A stretch of 36,459 nt of DNA from Octopus sinensis (lineage: Eukaryota): NCBI RefSeq assembly GCF_006345805.1, contig NW_021835856.1:1-36459 (forward strand), read 5' to 3'. This document shows, piece by piece, positions 1 through 12,299 of this stretch (within the stretch, counting starts at the first letter, position 1; each line of letters opens with the position of its first letter). Under the pieces are notes generated by a model. It did not search any database and was not told the DNA's origin. It saw only the letters and a program-made list of their open reading frames with translations. Made by a program: the position numbers and the translations under genes.

Positions 1-676
1 CATACAGGTGTGTGAGTGAGTGTGTGTGTGTGTATGTATGTGTGAGTGTGTATGTATGTGTGTGTAGGATGCATGTATGTGTATGGGTGTATGTATGTGT
101 GTGTGTATGTATGTATGTGTACGTGCGTGTGTGTGTGTGTATGCGTGTAGGTGTGCGCGTGTAGGTGTGCGCGTGTGCATGCATGCATGCATGTGCGCAT
201 GTGGGTGTGTGTGCATGTGTGTGGGTATATATGTATGTGCGTATATGTGTGTGTATGTGCGTACATGTGTGTGTGTGTATGCATGTGTGTGTATGTAGGT
301 GTGTAGGCGTGTGTGTATAGTGTATGTATGTAAGTATGTATGGTTGTGTCCGTGTATGTGTGGTGTATGTAGGTGTGTGGCGTGTGTATATAGGTGTATG
401 TATGTATGTCTGGGTGTGTCCGTGCATGTTTGTGTGTGTGTGTGTATGCATGTGTATGTAGGTGTGTGTGTACGTGTGTAATGTATGTGTGTATGCGTGT
501 GTGTGCGTGTGTATGCGTGCGTGTGTGTATGTAGGTGCGTATGTATGTGTGTGGGAGTGTAGGTGTGCGTGTGCGTGTGCGTGTTTATGTTGGTGTGTGC
601 GTATGTGAGTGTGAGTGTATGGGTGTTTGTCATGCATGTGTGTGCACGTGCAGGCGAGTTTGTGTGTAAGTATGTG

Positions 677-730
<54 letters not shown>

Positions 731-800
731 TTTTATATATATATATGTATGGATGTATGTATGTATATATATATATATATATATTATATATATGTATAGG
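1..800. repeat. Degenerate (GT)n/(TATG)n/(TA)n microsatellite tract
   Basis: Continuous low-complexity GT/TATG/TA repeats; the overlapping ORFs are C/V/Y/M/I artefacts. Confidence 0.97.
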
Positions 801-957
801 TAAAATATGAAAAATCAACGAAAATGCATATTGTAGATATAAAAAGGTTATTTATGACAGGTAGTGACAAATATATACATTCAGAGTAATACTAGTCAAA
901 AAGGTCATTATTATTGATGATTATAAGAAGTTAATAATAATAATAATAATAATAAGG

Positions 958-996
<39 letters not shown>

Positions 997-1351
997 CATA
1001 TATACATTTATAGGTATATATGTATTTGGGTGAATGTGTGTGGTTTGTGTGTGTTTGTGTGTGTGTGTGTAGTGTGTGTGTGTGTGTGTGTGCAATGAGA
1101 AAAAACACTGACGTTGTTTAGAGTCGCATAATAGTATTTTTACAGAGACATACTTACTTTCACGAGGCATCTGTACTTTCAGCTTATTGTATCTGTCAAA
1201 TTTTCGTTGTCTCTAGGATTTTTTATTTTATTTTACACTAAGTAAATTTATTTTATAGTAAACGACGAAACGACGACGGATTAAAAACGATAAGCATATA
1301 CATGCAACAAAAAAACCACACACACACCTAAATAATATAAAATAAATATAC

Positions 1352-1744
1352 ACCTGGATGGAAGCACTCCGTCGGTTACGACGACGAGGGTTCCGGTTGA
1401 ACCGAATCAACGGAACAGCCTGCTCGTGAAATTAACGTGTAAGTGGCTGAGCACTCCACAGACACGTGTACCCTTAACGCAGTTCTCGGGGATATTCAGC
1501 GTGACACAGAGAGTGACAAGGCCGGCCCTTTGAGATACAGGTATTACAGAAAGAGGAAGTAGGAGTGAGAGAAAGTTGTGGTGAAAGAGTACAGCAGGGA
1601 TCACCACCATCCCCTGCCCGAGCCTCGTGGAGCTTTTAGGTGTTTTCGCTCAATAAACACTCACAACGCCCGGTCTGGGAATCGAAACCGCGATCCTATG
1701 ACCGCGAGTCTGCTACCCTAACCACTGGGCCATTGCGCCTCCAC
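1352..1744 (-). mobile_element. tRNA-derived SINE (family C)
   Basis: Minus strand begins GTGGAGGCGCAATGGCCCAGTGGTTAGG with an A box (TGGCCCAGTGG) and B box (GGTTTCGATTCC), followed by ~300 bp of non-tRNA body. Confidence 0.85.
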
Positions 1745-2500
1745 AAATATACACCTACACACATACACAATCATACGCAAGCGCACAACTCACGCCAACA
1801 CGTAATTATGCTTCTCTGCGTGTGGAGAGAATAAGATTGAACGAATGAGCGAGTAGAGACAGAGAGAGAGAGGGTGAGAGAGAGAGAGTGAGAGAAGAGG
1901 TAGAGAGCTCAATGCTTACCAAAATAAAAAAAAATTCGATATAATTTAGTTCAAGCTGTATCGTCGCTGGAGGTTACAGAATGGTAATCACGTTCTTGGA
2001 CTTTGCCTCTGAACGTTTCTGTTTTATAGTAGAATGTGGCCTTAAAGTGCATTTAAAGCATTAGAAAAAAATCCATTAATCGCTGGAAAATATATGCAAA
2101 GAATATTCGTGACAACTCTCTAGATTATCTAAATACATGCAATAAGAAAAATAAAACAACTCGATAAAATGTTTATATGAATATATATCTTCTCAGTCTA
2201 TTAAGATTTAGTTTCTTTTCTGCATGCACAGCTATATACGAACACATAGAAACATACATGCATGCATGCACACTTATGAAAATCAGCGAATGTTAAACTA
2301 TTCATGTGCTTTATTTATAGGGATGCATCGACAATCAATAACTAAAAAAAATATCGAATGTGTGATTGGTTGACTGGCATGTATTAAAACACACGCAAGT
2401 ATACGATTAAGAATTCGATAAAGGGTAAATTGGGAATGGTTGATTAAACCGAAAATTCAGTGATAGAGAAGGGTATAATGGCAAAAACCTGTTGATGTAA

Positions 2501-2613
2501 GCACAGGCATAGTTGCGAGGTTACGAAGCACGCTTTAAAACTAAGTGGTTTCGGATTCAGTCCTACTGCATGTTACCTAGTTGACCAACGCCTTGTGGAT
2601 TAAATTAGTAGAT
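2501..2613 (+). mobile_element. Old, diverged fragment of SINE family A head
   Basis: GGTTTCGGATTCAGTCCTACTGCATG and GCCTTGTGG...GTAGA resemble the family A copies at 9250 and 13981. Confidence 0.55.
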
Positions 2614-2639
2614 CAATGTATGAAGGTTCAACATGTATG

Positions 2640-2670
<31 letters not shown>

Positions 2671-2673
2671 TAT

Positions 2674-2717
<44 letters not shown>

Positions 2718-2736
2718 GATATATATATTATATATA

Positions 2737-2804
<68 letters not shown>

Positions 2805-3021
2805 TATATATATTATATATATATATATATTATATATATATATATATGTATATGTATATATATATATACAACGACCTCCACAGCGACCTCGAACACACAA
2901 GTGCAAACAAGAGTGACAGAGAAAGGCAGAAACAAGGAAAATGCCACTTTTATTTGAACACTATACAAATATTTCTTTAAAAAACATTTCTTTTAATTTT
3001 TCTAAATTAAATATTTAATCG

Positions 3022-3065
3022 TTACAGTTGAAAAGGTCTCAAAATGACCGAAACCAGTACTGAAA
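3022..3065 (+). ncRNA. Type I hammerhead ribozyme motif, U3-A8 core variant
   Basis: TTACAG-TTGAAAA-GGTC tcaaaat GACC-GAAA-CCAG-TA-CTGAAA: stem I, core, 4-bp stem II, minimal stem III and GUA cleavage triplet. Confidence 0.6.
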
Positions 3066-3153
3066 TGTTCTTTATAAAATTATTTTAGCATTTTCTATCT
3101 TTACTTGTTTTTTTCATATATATATACTTTTTTTAAGCAGCAGAAAATTCAAC

Positions 3154-3200
3154 AAAATCTGTTACTCTGAGTTTCTCGTTGCCGTCATCAGACAGTTTTT
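3154..3200 (-). ncRNA. Minimal type I hammerhead ribozyme motif
   Basis: Minus strand reads AAAAACTGT-CTGATGA-CG GCAA CG A-GAA-ACTCAGAGT-A-ACAGATTTT: near-palindromic stem III and GUA triplet. Confidence 0.75.
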
Positions 3201-3218
3201 GCTATATATATATAATAT

Positions 3219-3261
<43 letters not shown>

Positions 3262-4051
3262 TACAAAGTAAAATAGGGGTTATGGGTGTAACCCACTATG
3301 GGATAGCATTTATACAATATACTGTTGGTAAAGTACCCAGATTCTTAATACATAACTGCTTTTAATTGCAATGCAATTAACTCATTTATTGTATTAAACG
3401 GATGAAGGTAAAGACATATATTTACCGTAAATTTATAATACAAGTAAGAAAATGGAGAAACAAATTTAGTTTGTTCATCAACTTTCGATATTATAATTTT
3501 GGACTATTTATTCATTTAACAAAATGAGAACCTCAATAGCATACATATTCCATTTTCTTATTTGTGATATATATATATTATTTGTAAATATATATATATA
3601 TATATTATATATATATATATTCTATATATATATATATATATATATCTATTATATATATTATATATATATAATATAGATAGATAGAGAGAGAGAGAGGGAG
3701 AGATTAGTTTAAGAGACAGAACCACCTTCAAGCAACTCAATCACATTGAACGACGATATCAATGATAGAAGTATATAATATTAAATATTATCAGCTTAAT
3801 ACCTGCAATGATTCATATACATTAGTGGGAATTCGTTATAGTACCACTAAATTGAATTCCTCTCTCTTGTGGACTCGGAAATAAATTCCCTAACATTAGA
3901 ACCTGAAAATAAAACAGGTTTGTTATAAATATATATTTAGGTTTGAAATCGCTCTAATGAGTTTTTATTGATGTAAAAGTGATAGTACATAGTTAATTAA
4001 AGTAATTATCAAATAATATTCACCTAATTCAAAGTGTTTCGATTTCAACCT

Positions 4052-4108
4052 GAAGGTTTTCGGTCTCTTGGAGGTTTTCGGTCTCTTGAAGGTTATCGGT
4101 CTCTTGAA
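4052..4108 (+). repeat. 18-bp tandem repeat x3
   Basis: GAAGGTTTTCGGTCTCTT occurs three times with single substitutions. Confidence 0.9.
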
Positions 4109-4489
4109 AGTTCAGTATATTCAAAGAGCAGAAAAATGTGTGGCTTCTACAACAGTCGCTACGCAATTAGGAAAACCTGGACGAAGATTGTAAACGTGTG
4201 GGTGCTACCTTGTCGTCTGGGTGTGTCTTTGTTTAAATGTCTGTATGTGTAAGTATGTATGTTGTACTGTCATGGTATATGGTGTATGTGTGTATATACG
4301 TGGTATGTTGTAGTGTGTGTATGTTTGTTAAAAAGGTATATGTGTGTATGTAAGCGTATGTTGTAGTGTGTATGTGTGTTAGCGATTACACAGGTATACA
4401 ACCAAGCTTTTTACAATATTTTACGAGTAAAATTTTCATTTCCATTTACTGAATATAATATAAAATATAGTCCAGTTATATGTATGCTG

Positions 4490-4662
4490 TTATGTTCTAA
4501 GTTCAAATTCCGCTGAGGTCGACTTTGCCTTTCATCCTTTCGGGGTCGATTAAAATAGTACCAGTTAGGCACTGATGTCGTCATAATCAATTTAATCCGT
4601 TTGTCTGTCCTTGTTTGTCCCCTCTGTGTTTAGCCCCTTGTAGGTAATAAAGAAATAGGTAT
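4490..4662 (+). mobile_element. SINE family B, 5'-truncated
   Basis: GTTCAAATTCC B box, GTCGACTTTGCCTTTCATCCTTTCGGGGTCGAT core and TAAAGAAATAGGTA end, as in the copies at 24868-25598. Confidence 0.85.
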
Positions 4663-5481
4663 TTTGTCTGCCGCTGTTGTAGTGTGTATGTGTGTTAGCG
4701 ATTACACACAGTCTACTTATGTGAAATTATCACAGACTAAATACCTTTCTCCCGCAACTCCAATTCATTGCTCCATTCTTTCTTTTTTTTCTCTCTCTTT
4801 ACGTCTCCTCCAAGGTGACCACCACCACTCTCAGTCAACCCATTTCCGTACAAACGTTTCTTATTTTATTTATTCATTAATATTGCTTACTTTCCTTATA
4901 TGGGGAAATATCCTATCCTTAATATTTAAGTTCATACACACACACGCACACACATACATACATACATACATACATACATACATACATACATGCATGCATG
5001 CATGCATGCATGCATACATACATACATACATACATACATACATACATGCATGCATACATACATACATACATACATACATACATGCATGCATGCATGCATA
5101 CATACATACAAACATACATACATACATGCATGCATGCATGCATGCATACATACATACATACATACATACATACATACATGCATGCATACATACATACATA
5201 CATACATACATACATACATACATGCATGCATGCATGCATACATACATACATACACACACACGCACACACACACATACATACATACATACATACATACATA
5301 CATACATACATACATACATACATACATACATGCATACATATATACATACACACATATACACATACACACATACACACATACACACACACATACACACACA
5401 CACCACACACATGCTCTCTCTCACATTTCCTCATTCATCACCCTCTTGTTCTATCTTATATCCCTCCCCACCTCTACACAC
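4645..5481 (+). repeat. Local duplication, copy 1 (partner 7309-8474), containing a (CATA)n/(CATG)n array
   Basis: About 290 bp unique + microsatellite + about 70 bp unique, nearly identical to 7309-8474. Confidence 0.95.
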
Positions 5482-5827
5482 AGGATAATAATAAATTATT
5501 ACTACCACTGGCCTAGGACAAAAAACGAATTAGTCATTCGACTATATTATTCATATAGAAATACAATAAGAGGCTTCCAAATAGGAAAGCGTTGTGCTAG
5601 AAAGAGCAGTAGAAATCTCAAAAGCCACACAAAAAAAAAGGGATAAATTTTCATTCCTTTCGAGAATTTATCCTTTTTTTGTGGTTTTTGAAATTTCTAC
5701 TGCTCTTTCTAGCACAACGCTTTCCTATTTGGAAGCCTCTTATTGTATTTCTATATGAATAATATAGTCTAATGACTAATTCGTTTTTTGTGCTAGGCCA
5801 GTGGTAGTAATAATTTATTATTATCCT
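5482..5827. repeat. Fold-back palindrome, ~170-bp arms, very short loop
   Basis: 5482-5652 is the near-perfect reverse complement of 5662-5827. Confidence 0.95.
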
Positions 5828-5836
5828 ATGTATTAT

Positions 5837-5875
<39 letters not shown>

Positions 5876-5881
<6 letters not shown>

Positions 5882-6197
5882 TAATTAAGTGTTAATTGCA
5901 ACAAGTTGCTCAAAACCACATACCGAAAATATTAGAAATAGCAGCTAAATCGACCACTATTTTTCCTACTAATAAAAAGTCTCCACAAACAAACAGAATT
6001 TGTAACCTGTATATGGCAAAAAAGGAAGAAAATAACGAAATCCCAGCCTTTTTTGCCATATTACAGGTTACAAATTCTGTTTGTTTGTGGAGACTTTTTA
6101 TTAGTAGGAGAAATAGTGATCAATTTAGCTGCTATTTCTAATATCTTCGGAATATGGTTTTGAGCAACTTGTTGCAATTAACCCTTAATTATAATTA
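5876..6197. repeat. Fold-back palindrome, ~150-bp arms, 21-nt loop
   Basis: 5876-6025 pairs with 6047-6197; the element extends to ~6296 and is bounded by (TA)n on both sides. Confidence 0.95.
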
Positions 6198-6297
6198 TTA
6201 TAACCCTTACCAAATAGGGTCTTTTCCATACCGATAAATCTACTAGGTGAAATTTATTAATTTTATTAAATTAATTATATTCCACCCTTTTTTGCAT

Positions 6298-6329
<32 letters not shown>

Positions 6330-6440
6330 CTTCAAAAATAAGGGTGAAAAATTGGATATTAATTTAATAACACCAATTCAACACCAAGTGATCCAGCGCA
6401 CAAAAACTGAGATTCAGTGAAATATAATACACAAATATAT

Positions 6441-6643
6441 ATGTGGACGCTCTTGCGCTAAAAATAGATCCGTAATGGTCTCACCCATTAAGAATTGTTC
6501 CCAAGAAAAATTAGCACAACTATGAACGTAAGCGAGCAGGACAAATGAAAAATAACAAAAATGTAGATTATAATTTTTCTTGAGAACAATTCTTGATAAT
6601 TGAGACGATTGCGGATCTATTTTTAGCGCAAGAGCGTCGACAT
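6441..6643. repeat. Fold-back palindrome, ~73-bp arms
   Basis: ATGTGGACGCTCTTGCGCTAAAAATAGATCCG... pairs with ...CGGATCTATTTTTAGCGCAAGAGCGTCGACAT; the element spans ~6331-6665 between (TA)n tracts. Confidence 0.9.
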
Positions 6644-6682
6644 AGTGGATCCTCTCTTATATTTGTATATATAATATATATA

Positions 6683-6714
<32 letters not shown>

Positions 6715-6732
6715 CTATATATATATATACAA

Positions 6733-6785
<53 letters not shown>

Positions 6786-6797
6786 ATATATTATATG

Positions 6798-6828
<31 letters not shown>

Positions 6829-7082
6829 AATTAAATAATGAGGGTGAATAAAATTATAGATATTAATTCAATAATACCCTTATTTTAACACCAAGCGACC
6901 TAGCACAAAAAACCGGGGACACAAATTCATATTTATCCGTAAATATTAGAGAGTCAACTTTGAATATGTTAACTCTAGTGCTAGAAATAGGTCCGATCGG
7001 TAAAAGTCGCCGACGATAAATCCACATAGAAATAGCACCACAATCAACGCTATGAAATTAAATTACTACTAAATAATGGATT

Positions 7083-7159
7083 AATGTTGTACAATTGTTT
7101 CTTCATTAACAAAATGCAGATTATACTTACATAATTGTCTATGATTCATCAGCAACATT
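7083..7159 (-). ncRNA. Type I hammerhead ribozyme motif
   Basis: Minus strand reads AATGTTG-CTGATGA-A TCAT...ATGA A-GAA-ACAATTGT-A-CAACATT: 7-bp stem I, palindromic stem III, GUA triplet. Confidence 0.85.
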
Positions 7160-7253
7160 TGTCAATATAATTGATCAGACCCTTACAAGCGACGATTCTC
7201 ATATGGTCCGATCAATTACATTCTGTTGTAGTTAGAGAGAGAGAGAGAGACTG

Positions 7254-7308
<55 letters not shown>

Positions 7309-7313
<5 letters not shown>

Positions 7314-7642
7314 AAGAAATAGGTATTTTGTCTGCCGCTGTTGTAGAGTGTATGTGTGTTAGCGATTACACAGAGTCTACTTGTGTGAAATTATCACAGA
7401 CTGAATACCTTTCTCCCGCAACTCCAATTCATTGCTTCATTCTTTCTTTTTTTTCTCTCTCTTTACGTCTCTTCCAAGGTGACCACCACCACTATCAGTC
7501 AACCCATTTCTGTACAAACGTTTCTTATTTTATTTATTCATTAATATTGCTTACTTTCCTTATATGGGGAAAAATCCTATCCTTAATATTTAAGTTCATA
7601 CACACACACACACGCACACACATACATACATACATACATACA

Positions 7643-7676
<34 letters not shown>

Positions 7677-8371
7677 CATACACACATACATACATACATA
7701 CATACATGCGTGCATGCATGCATGCATGCATACATACACACATACATACATACATACATACATATATACATACACACATACATACATACATACATACATA
7801 CATACACACATACATACATACATACATGCATGCATGCATACATACATGTATGCATGTATGCAAACATACATACATACATACATACATACATACATACATG
7901 CGTGCATGCGTGCATGCATGCATACATACATACATACAAACATACATGCTTGTATACATACATACACACACATACATACATACATACACACATACATACA
8001 TACATACATACATACATACATACATACATACATACAAACATGCATACATACATACATACATACATACATACATACATACATACATACATACATACATACA
8101 TACATGTATGCATGCATGCATACATACATACATAGATACATACATGCCTGCATGCATGCATGCATACATACGTACATACATACACACATACAAAAATACA
8201 TACATACATGCTTGCATACATACATACACACACATACATACATACACACACACATACATGCATACATACATACATACACACACACGCACACACACATACA
8301 TACATACATACATACATACATACATACATACATACGCACATACACACATACACACATATACATACACACAC

Positions 8372-8404
<33 letters not shown>

Positions 8405-8474
8405 TGCTCTCTCTCACATTCCCCCATTCATCACCCTCTTGTACTATCTGATATCCCTCCCCACCTCTACACAC
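7309..8474 (+). repeat. Local duplication, copy 2, with a longer (CATA)n array
   Basis: Same unique flanks as 4645-5481. Confidence 0.95.
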
Positions 8475-8589
8475 TCAATAACACTATAAAATGGACAAAA
8501 TCTTTCAGCCAGAACTTAGTTCAATTTGAAAACTCCACCAGAATGGACGAAAGCGCTAATATATATGATATACGATATATAATATCCTT

Positions 8590-9023
<434 letters not shown>

Positions 9024-9249
9024 TGTATGAATGTTTATGTCTCTATGTGTTTGTTTGTCCCACATCAGCGCTTGACAACAGATAGTAGTCTGTGTACGCC
9101 CTGTAATCTAGTGGTTCGGCCAAAGAAACCGATGGATCATGTACTAGATCTTTTAAAAATTAGTCCTAAGGTCAACTAAAATCTTTCAAGGTAGTGTTCC
9201 AGCATGGCCGCAGTCACATGAGTGAAACTAGTAAAAGAATAAGAGAATA

Positions 9250-9419
9250 GGAGTGGCTGTGTGGTAAGTTCATTGCTTACCAGCCACATGGTTCTGGGTT
9301 CAGTTTCACTGCGTGGCACCTTGCGCAAGTGTCTTCTACTATAGCCTCGGGCCGACCAGAGCCTTGTGAGTGGGTTTGGTAGACGGAAACTGAAAGAAGC
9401 CCGTCGTATATATGTATAC

Positions 9420-9453
<34 letters not shown>

Positions 9454-9690
9454 ATGTTTGTGTGTCTGGGTTTGCCCCCCGCCACACACACACACACACA
9501 TCGCTAGACAACCGATGCTGGTGTGTTTACGTCCCCGTATTGTAGCGGTTCGGCAAAAGAGTCCGATAGTATAAGTACTAGGCTTACAAAGAATAATTGC
9601 TGGGGTCGATTTGCTCGACTAAAGGCGGTGCTCCAGCATGGCCACATTCAAATGACCGAAAAGAGAATAGCGTAAAAGAGAAAGAGTAAT
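9250..9690 (+). mobile_element. SINE family A (tRNA head, CORE-like CACCTTGGGCAAGTG, internal microsatellite); a tail-only copy lies at ~9050-9245
   Basis: One of about ten homologous copies in the window. Confidence 0.9.
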
Positions 9691-10000
9691 AAATACATAT
9701 TTAAGGAGGGAGTAAAGGAAAAAAACTGGATTAAATCCATTATGTCAACTGCTACTAAAAAACCTGACATATCAGTTACGTTGTCATGATGACTTCAATC
9801 GATATAGTATCGCCTTCCGCAATCTGCTATCCTATTTGGTTATGCAACAATGAAATTCTAACATGATTCGTTGTTTTCTGTTTGCTTCGAATATTTGAAG
9901 AATGTATATCCTAATTTGAAACGTCAGACGAAGCTACTGAATCGGAAAACTGGTGGTGTGTATGTATGTATGTATGTATGTATGTATGTATGTATGTATG

Positions 10001-10512
10001 TACAACCTGTTGCATGGTCGGGTCATCGGCGACTAAACCGGCAACCCCACCAAGCTTGCTTGATGAGGAGGGTGTTTATTGGACACCCTGCGGGATGAAA
10101 AACAAAACCTGTCAAAGGGAGGAGGAACTCTTGAGAGTCAACGGCCATCCAGTAAATGTCTTAAGGCGGGATCATGTGCGGGGACATTGAAATAATCGGG
10201 CTGAATACCTGATCGCGCGGTTAAACCATTGGGAGTGAAGGACTCCTAGCCTTTGTTAGGGCGTCCTTCTAGGAGAAGGTAATTCAGGTAACTGGGATAA
10301 CTCCGACATAAAACCTGCGGCTCAGTGGTTACCGATGATGTTGACTTGTTCTTCTTTTCAGATTACGGCTGCTGTTGCTTAGTGAATGGGATTGACTCAG
10401 TGCACAGCCTTTCCCCACTTAAAAAAAATCGTCTTGCACAGGCATTGCACGATAACAACATTGATTAATTTTCGAGCAATTGCCATACTCGATAACGAGG
10501 GGGCAGCCACCA
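10001..10512 (+). mobile_element. Probable RTE-related non-autonomous retroelement inserted in (TATG)n
   Basis: GC-richer island flanked by (TATG)n on both sides; TCTAGGAGAAGGTAA resembles RTE 5'UTR motifs (recall); no credible ORF. Confidence 0.45.
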
Positions 10513-10590
10513 TGTATGTATGTATGTATGTATGTATGTATGTATGTATGTATGTATGTATGTATGTATGTGTATATAAACCAGCTTAAA

Positions 10591-10684
10591 TTTGAAGAGA
10601 ACGCCTGTATTTCCAAGCCATACCGCATTTAATTTAATTGGGCTGGTTTGCCAAAAAGTACGTCGAAACTATGCATAGTCCAAA
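10591..10684 (+). ncRNA. Degenerate type I hammerhead motif (5' core damaged)
   Basis: TTTG-[CTG missing]AAGA-GAACG...CGTC-GAA-ACTATGCATAGT-C-CAAA: perfect 12-nt palindromic stem III and GUC triplet. Confidence 0.5.
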
Positions 10685-10842
10685 GATGATAAGGGTAAAT
10701 GTTTTTAATTTTACCTTTGATTTCTGAATTACTACTATTTAGCGGTTTGAGTTTGGCTGCTCGTTTTAGTGAGTTGAATGGCCTATTAAAGCCATTCCTT
10801 AATATTATTGTTGTATATATATAAATATATATATATATATAT

Positions 10843-11220
10843 ACGAGCAAAACGCCCCCCGTCCAATGGATGGTGCTGAGTTGTCAAACATTTACACCAA
10901 ATTTTCTCAAAACAACTTGTCCGACCGTCCCATAGTCCTCCTCTTTGAGAAACACTGATTTAACCGATATTTGAGACACCAGCAAAAGAAGAAATAAAGA
11001 TAGACATTTTTCTATTCCCCACTAAAAAAAAATCGATTTCCCACGGCTTTATCGATCGCATTCTCTCCTGGAATCGATTTTTGTAATTTTTTCAAGTTCT
11101 ATACACGCCCTGATACCGTCGGTATGTACATATCAAACTTGAGTGCAATCGAATGGAGGGTTTCCGAGATCCTAGAAGCCACACGCACACACACAGACAA
11201 AACGGATTTTATATAAGAGA

Positions 11221-11278
<58 letters not shown>

Positions 11279-11625
11279 AATAAGAATGAAGAAAGAAAGA
11301 AAAAAAGGAGGTAAGAAAGGAAGAGTGAAAGATGAGAAAGAAAGAAGAGGTGGATGTCTGAGTGATAATGTTCGTCCATTCATAATAAATGAAAACAATA
11401 AGTTTGACTGTAGAGTAAATTCTTCAAGGAGTATATCCATGCATGATGCGTCGCCTCAGACTGTAAAGGGAGGTAACTAAATTGAGTTTGGCAAATTTGT
11501 TTGTAATTTTTTCAAGATTTATACACGCCTTGATACCGTCGGTATCTACATATCAAATTTGAGCGCAATCGGATGGAGGATGCCTGAGATCCGAAGAGAC
11601 ACACACACACATTTTATATGAGCGA
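10843..11625 (-). mobile_element. Two related non-autonomous Helitron-like segments (about 10843-11220 and 11476-11625)
   Basis: Duplicated ~130-bp end (TATACACGCC.TGATACCGTCGGTAT...ACACAC...TTTTATAT) with the same architecture as the Helitron 5' ends at 19380 and 22380. Confidence 0.55.
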
Positions 11626-12299
11626 TATCTCCGTGCTGCATAAATATGCATTAATCTTAGCGCCCTTACTGAAGAAACACGGACGGCAACTTAATTTATT
11701 TGAACATTAATGCAGAAAGCAGATATAAGAATATAAAGAGAACAAGAGAAAGTATCAAAGGGGTCAAAGGCTATCAGTAGAGGAAAAAACATTAAGAGGT
11801 TTAAGTGCAATACTAGAAAGGAGGTCATTTAATTAATTTATTTATTATTGTTACTATTTATACAAATGTTTATACATTGTAAGACAGACTTTAGGTCTAT
11901 ACCTAGAGGTCAATTAATTTCTATAATAAAAGGTGTGAGAGTAGTGTTTATTCAAAAAAATAGTGAAAATCATAGTGAAAATTCCTTATATTATTATTAA
12001 GGGAGTAGCATTACTTATTTAAACTTATAATAGAATTATGAAGTATTAGCAACTTATTTGATTTAAGTTGGGTTAATTAAATTAGATTAAAATTAGATTA
12101 AATTAAATTAACTATATAGTCAATTAAAATTTTTGGCAACGTACAAATACTATTTATTTCTTTGTGTTCTAAACCAGGTACAGTTAGAAAGAAAGAACCA
12201 CAGTGTAAGAGCTTGCAGATATCTATTTAAAAATATATTAGAGTTTTGCTTTTTAGTAAAAGCAAGATAGACCTAGCTCCATACGATTATTCTATACGA

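Noticed and set aside
1660-1744. tRNA gene (also ~24130-24202 and other SINE heads)
   Set aside because: A and B boxes are present but run into SINE bodies; no convincing cloverleaf.
3389-3443. Possible hammerhead (CGGATGA-AGGTAAA...TTTACC-GTAAA)
   Set aside because: Both core strands deviate and no stem III/NUH can be built; a simple hairpin explains it.
4052-4108. CRISPR-like array
   Set aside because: The units are contiguous with no spacers, in a eukaryotic context.
6978-6995. GCTAGAAATAG resembles the synthetic Cas9 sgRNA tetraloop
   Set aside because: The match is short, the rest of the scaffold is absent, and it is part of an endogenous repeat motif.
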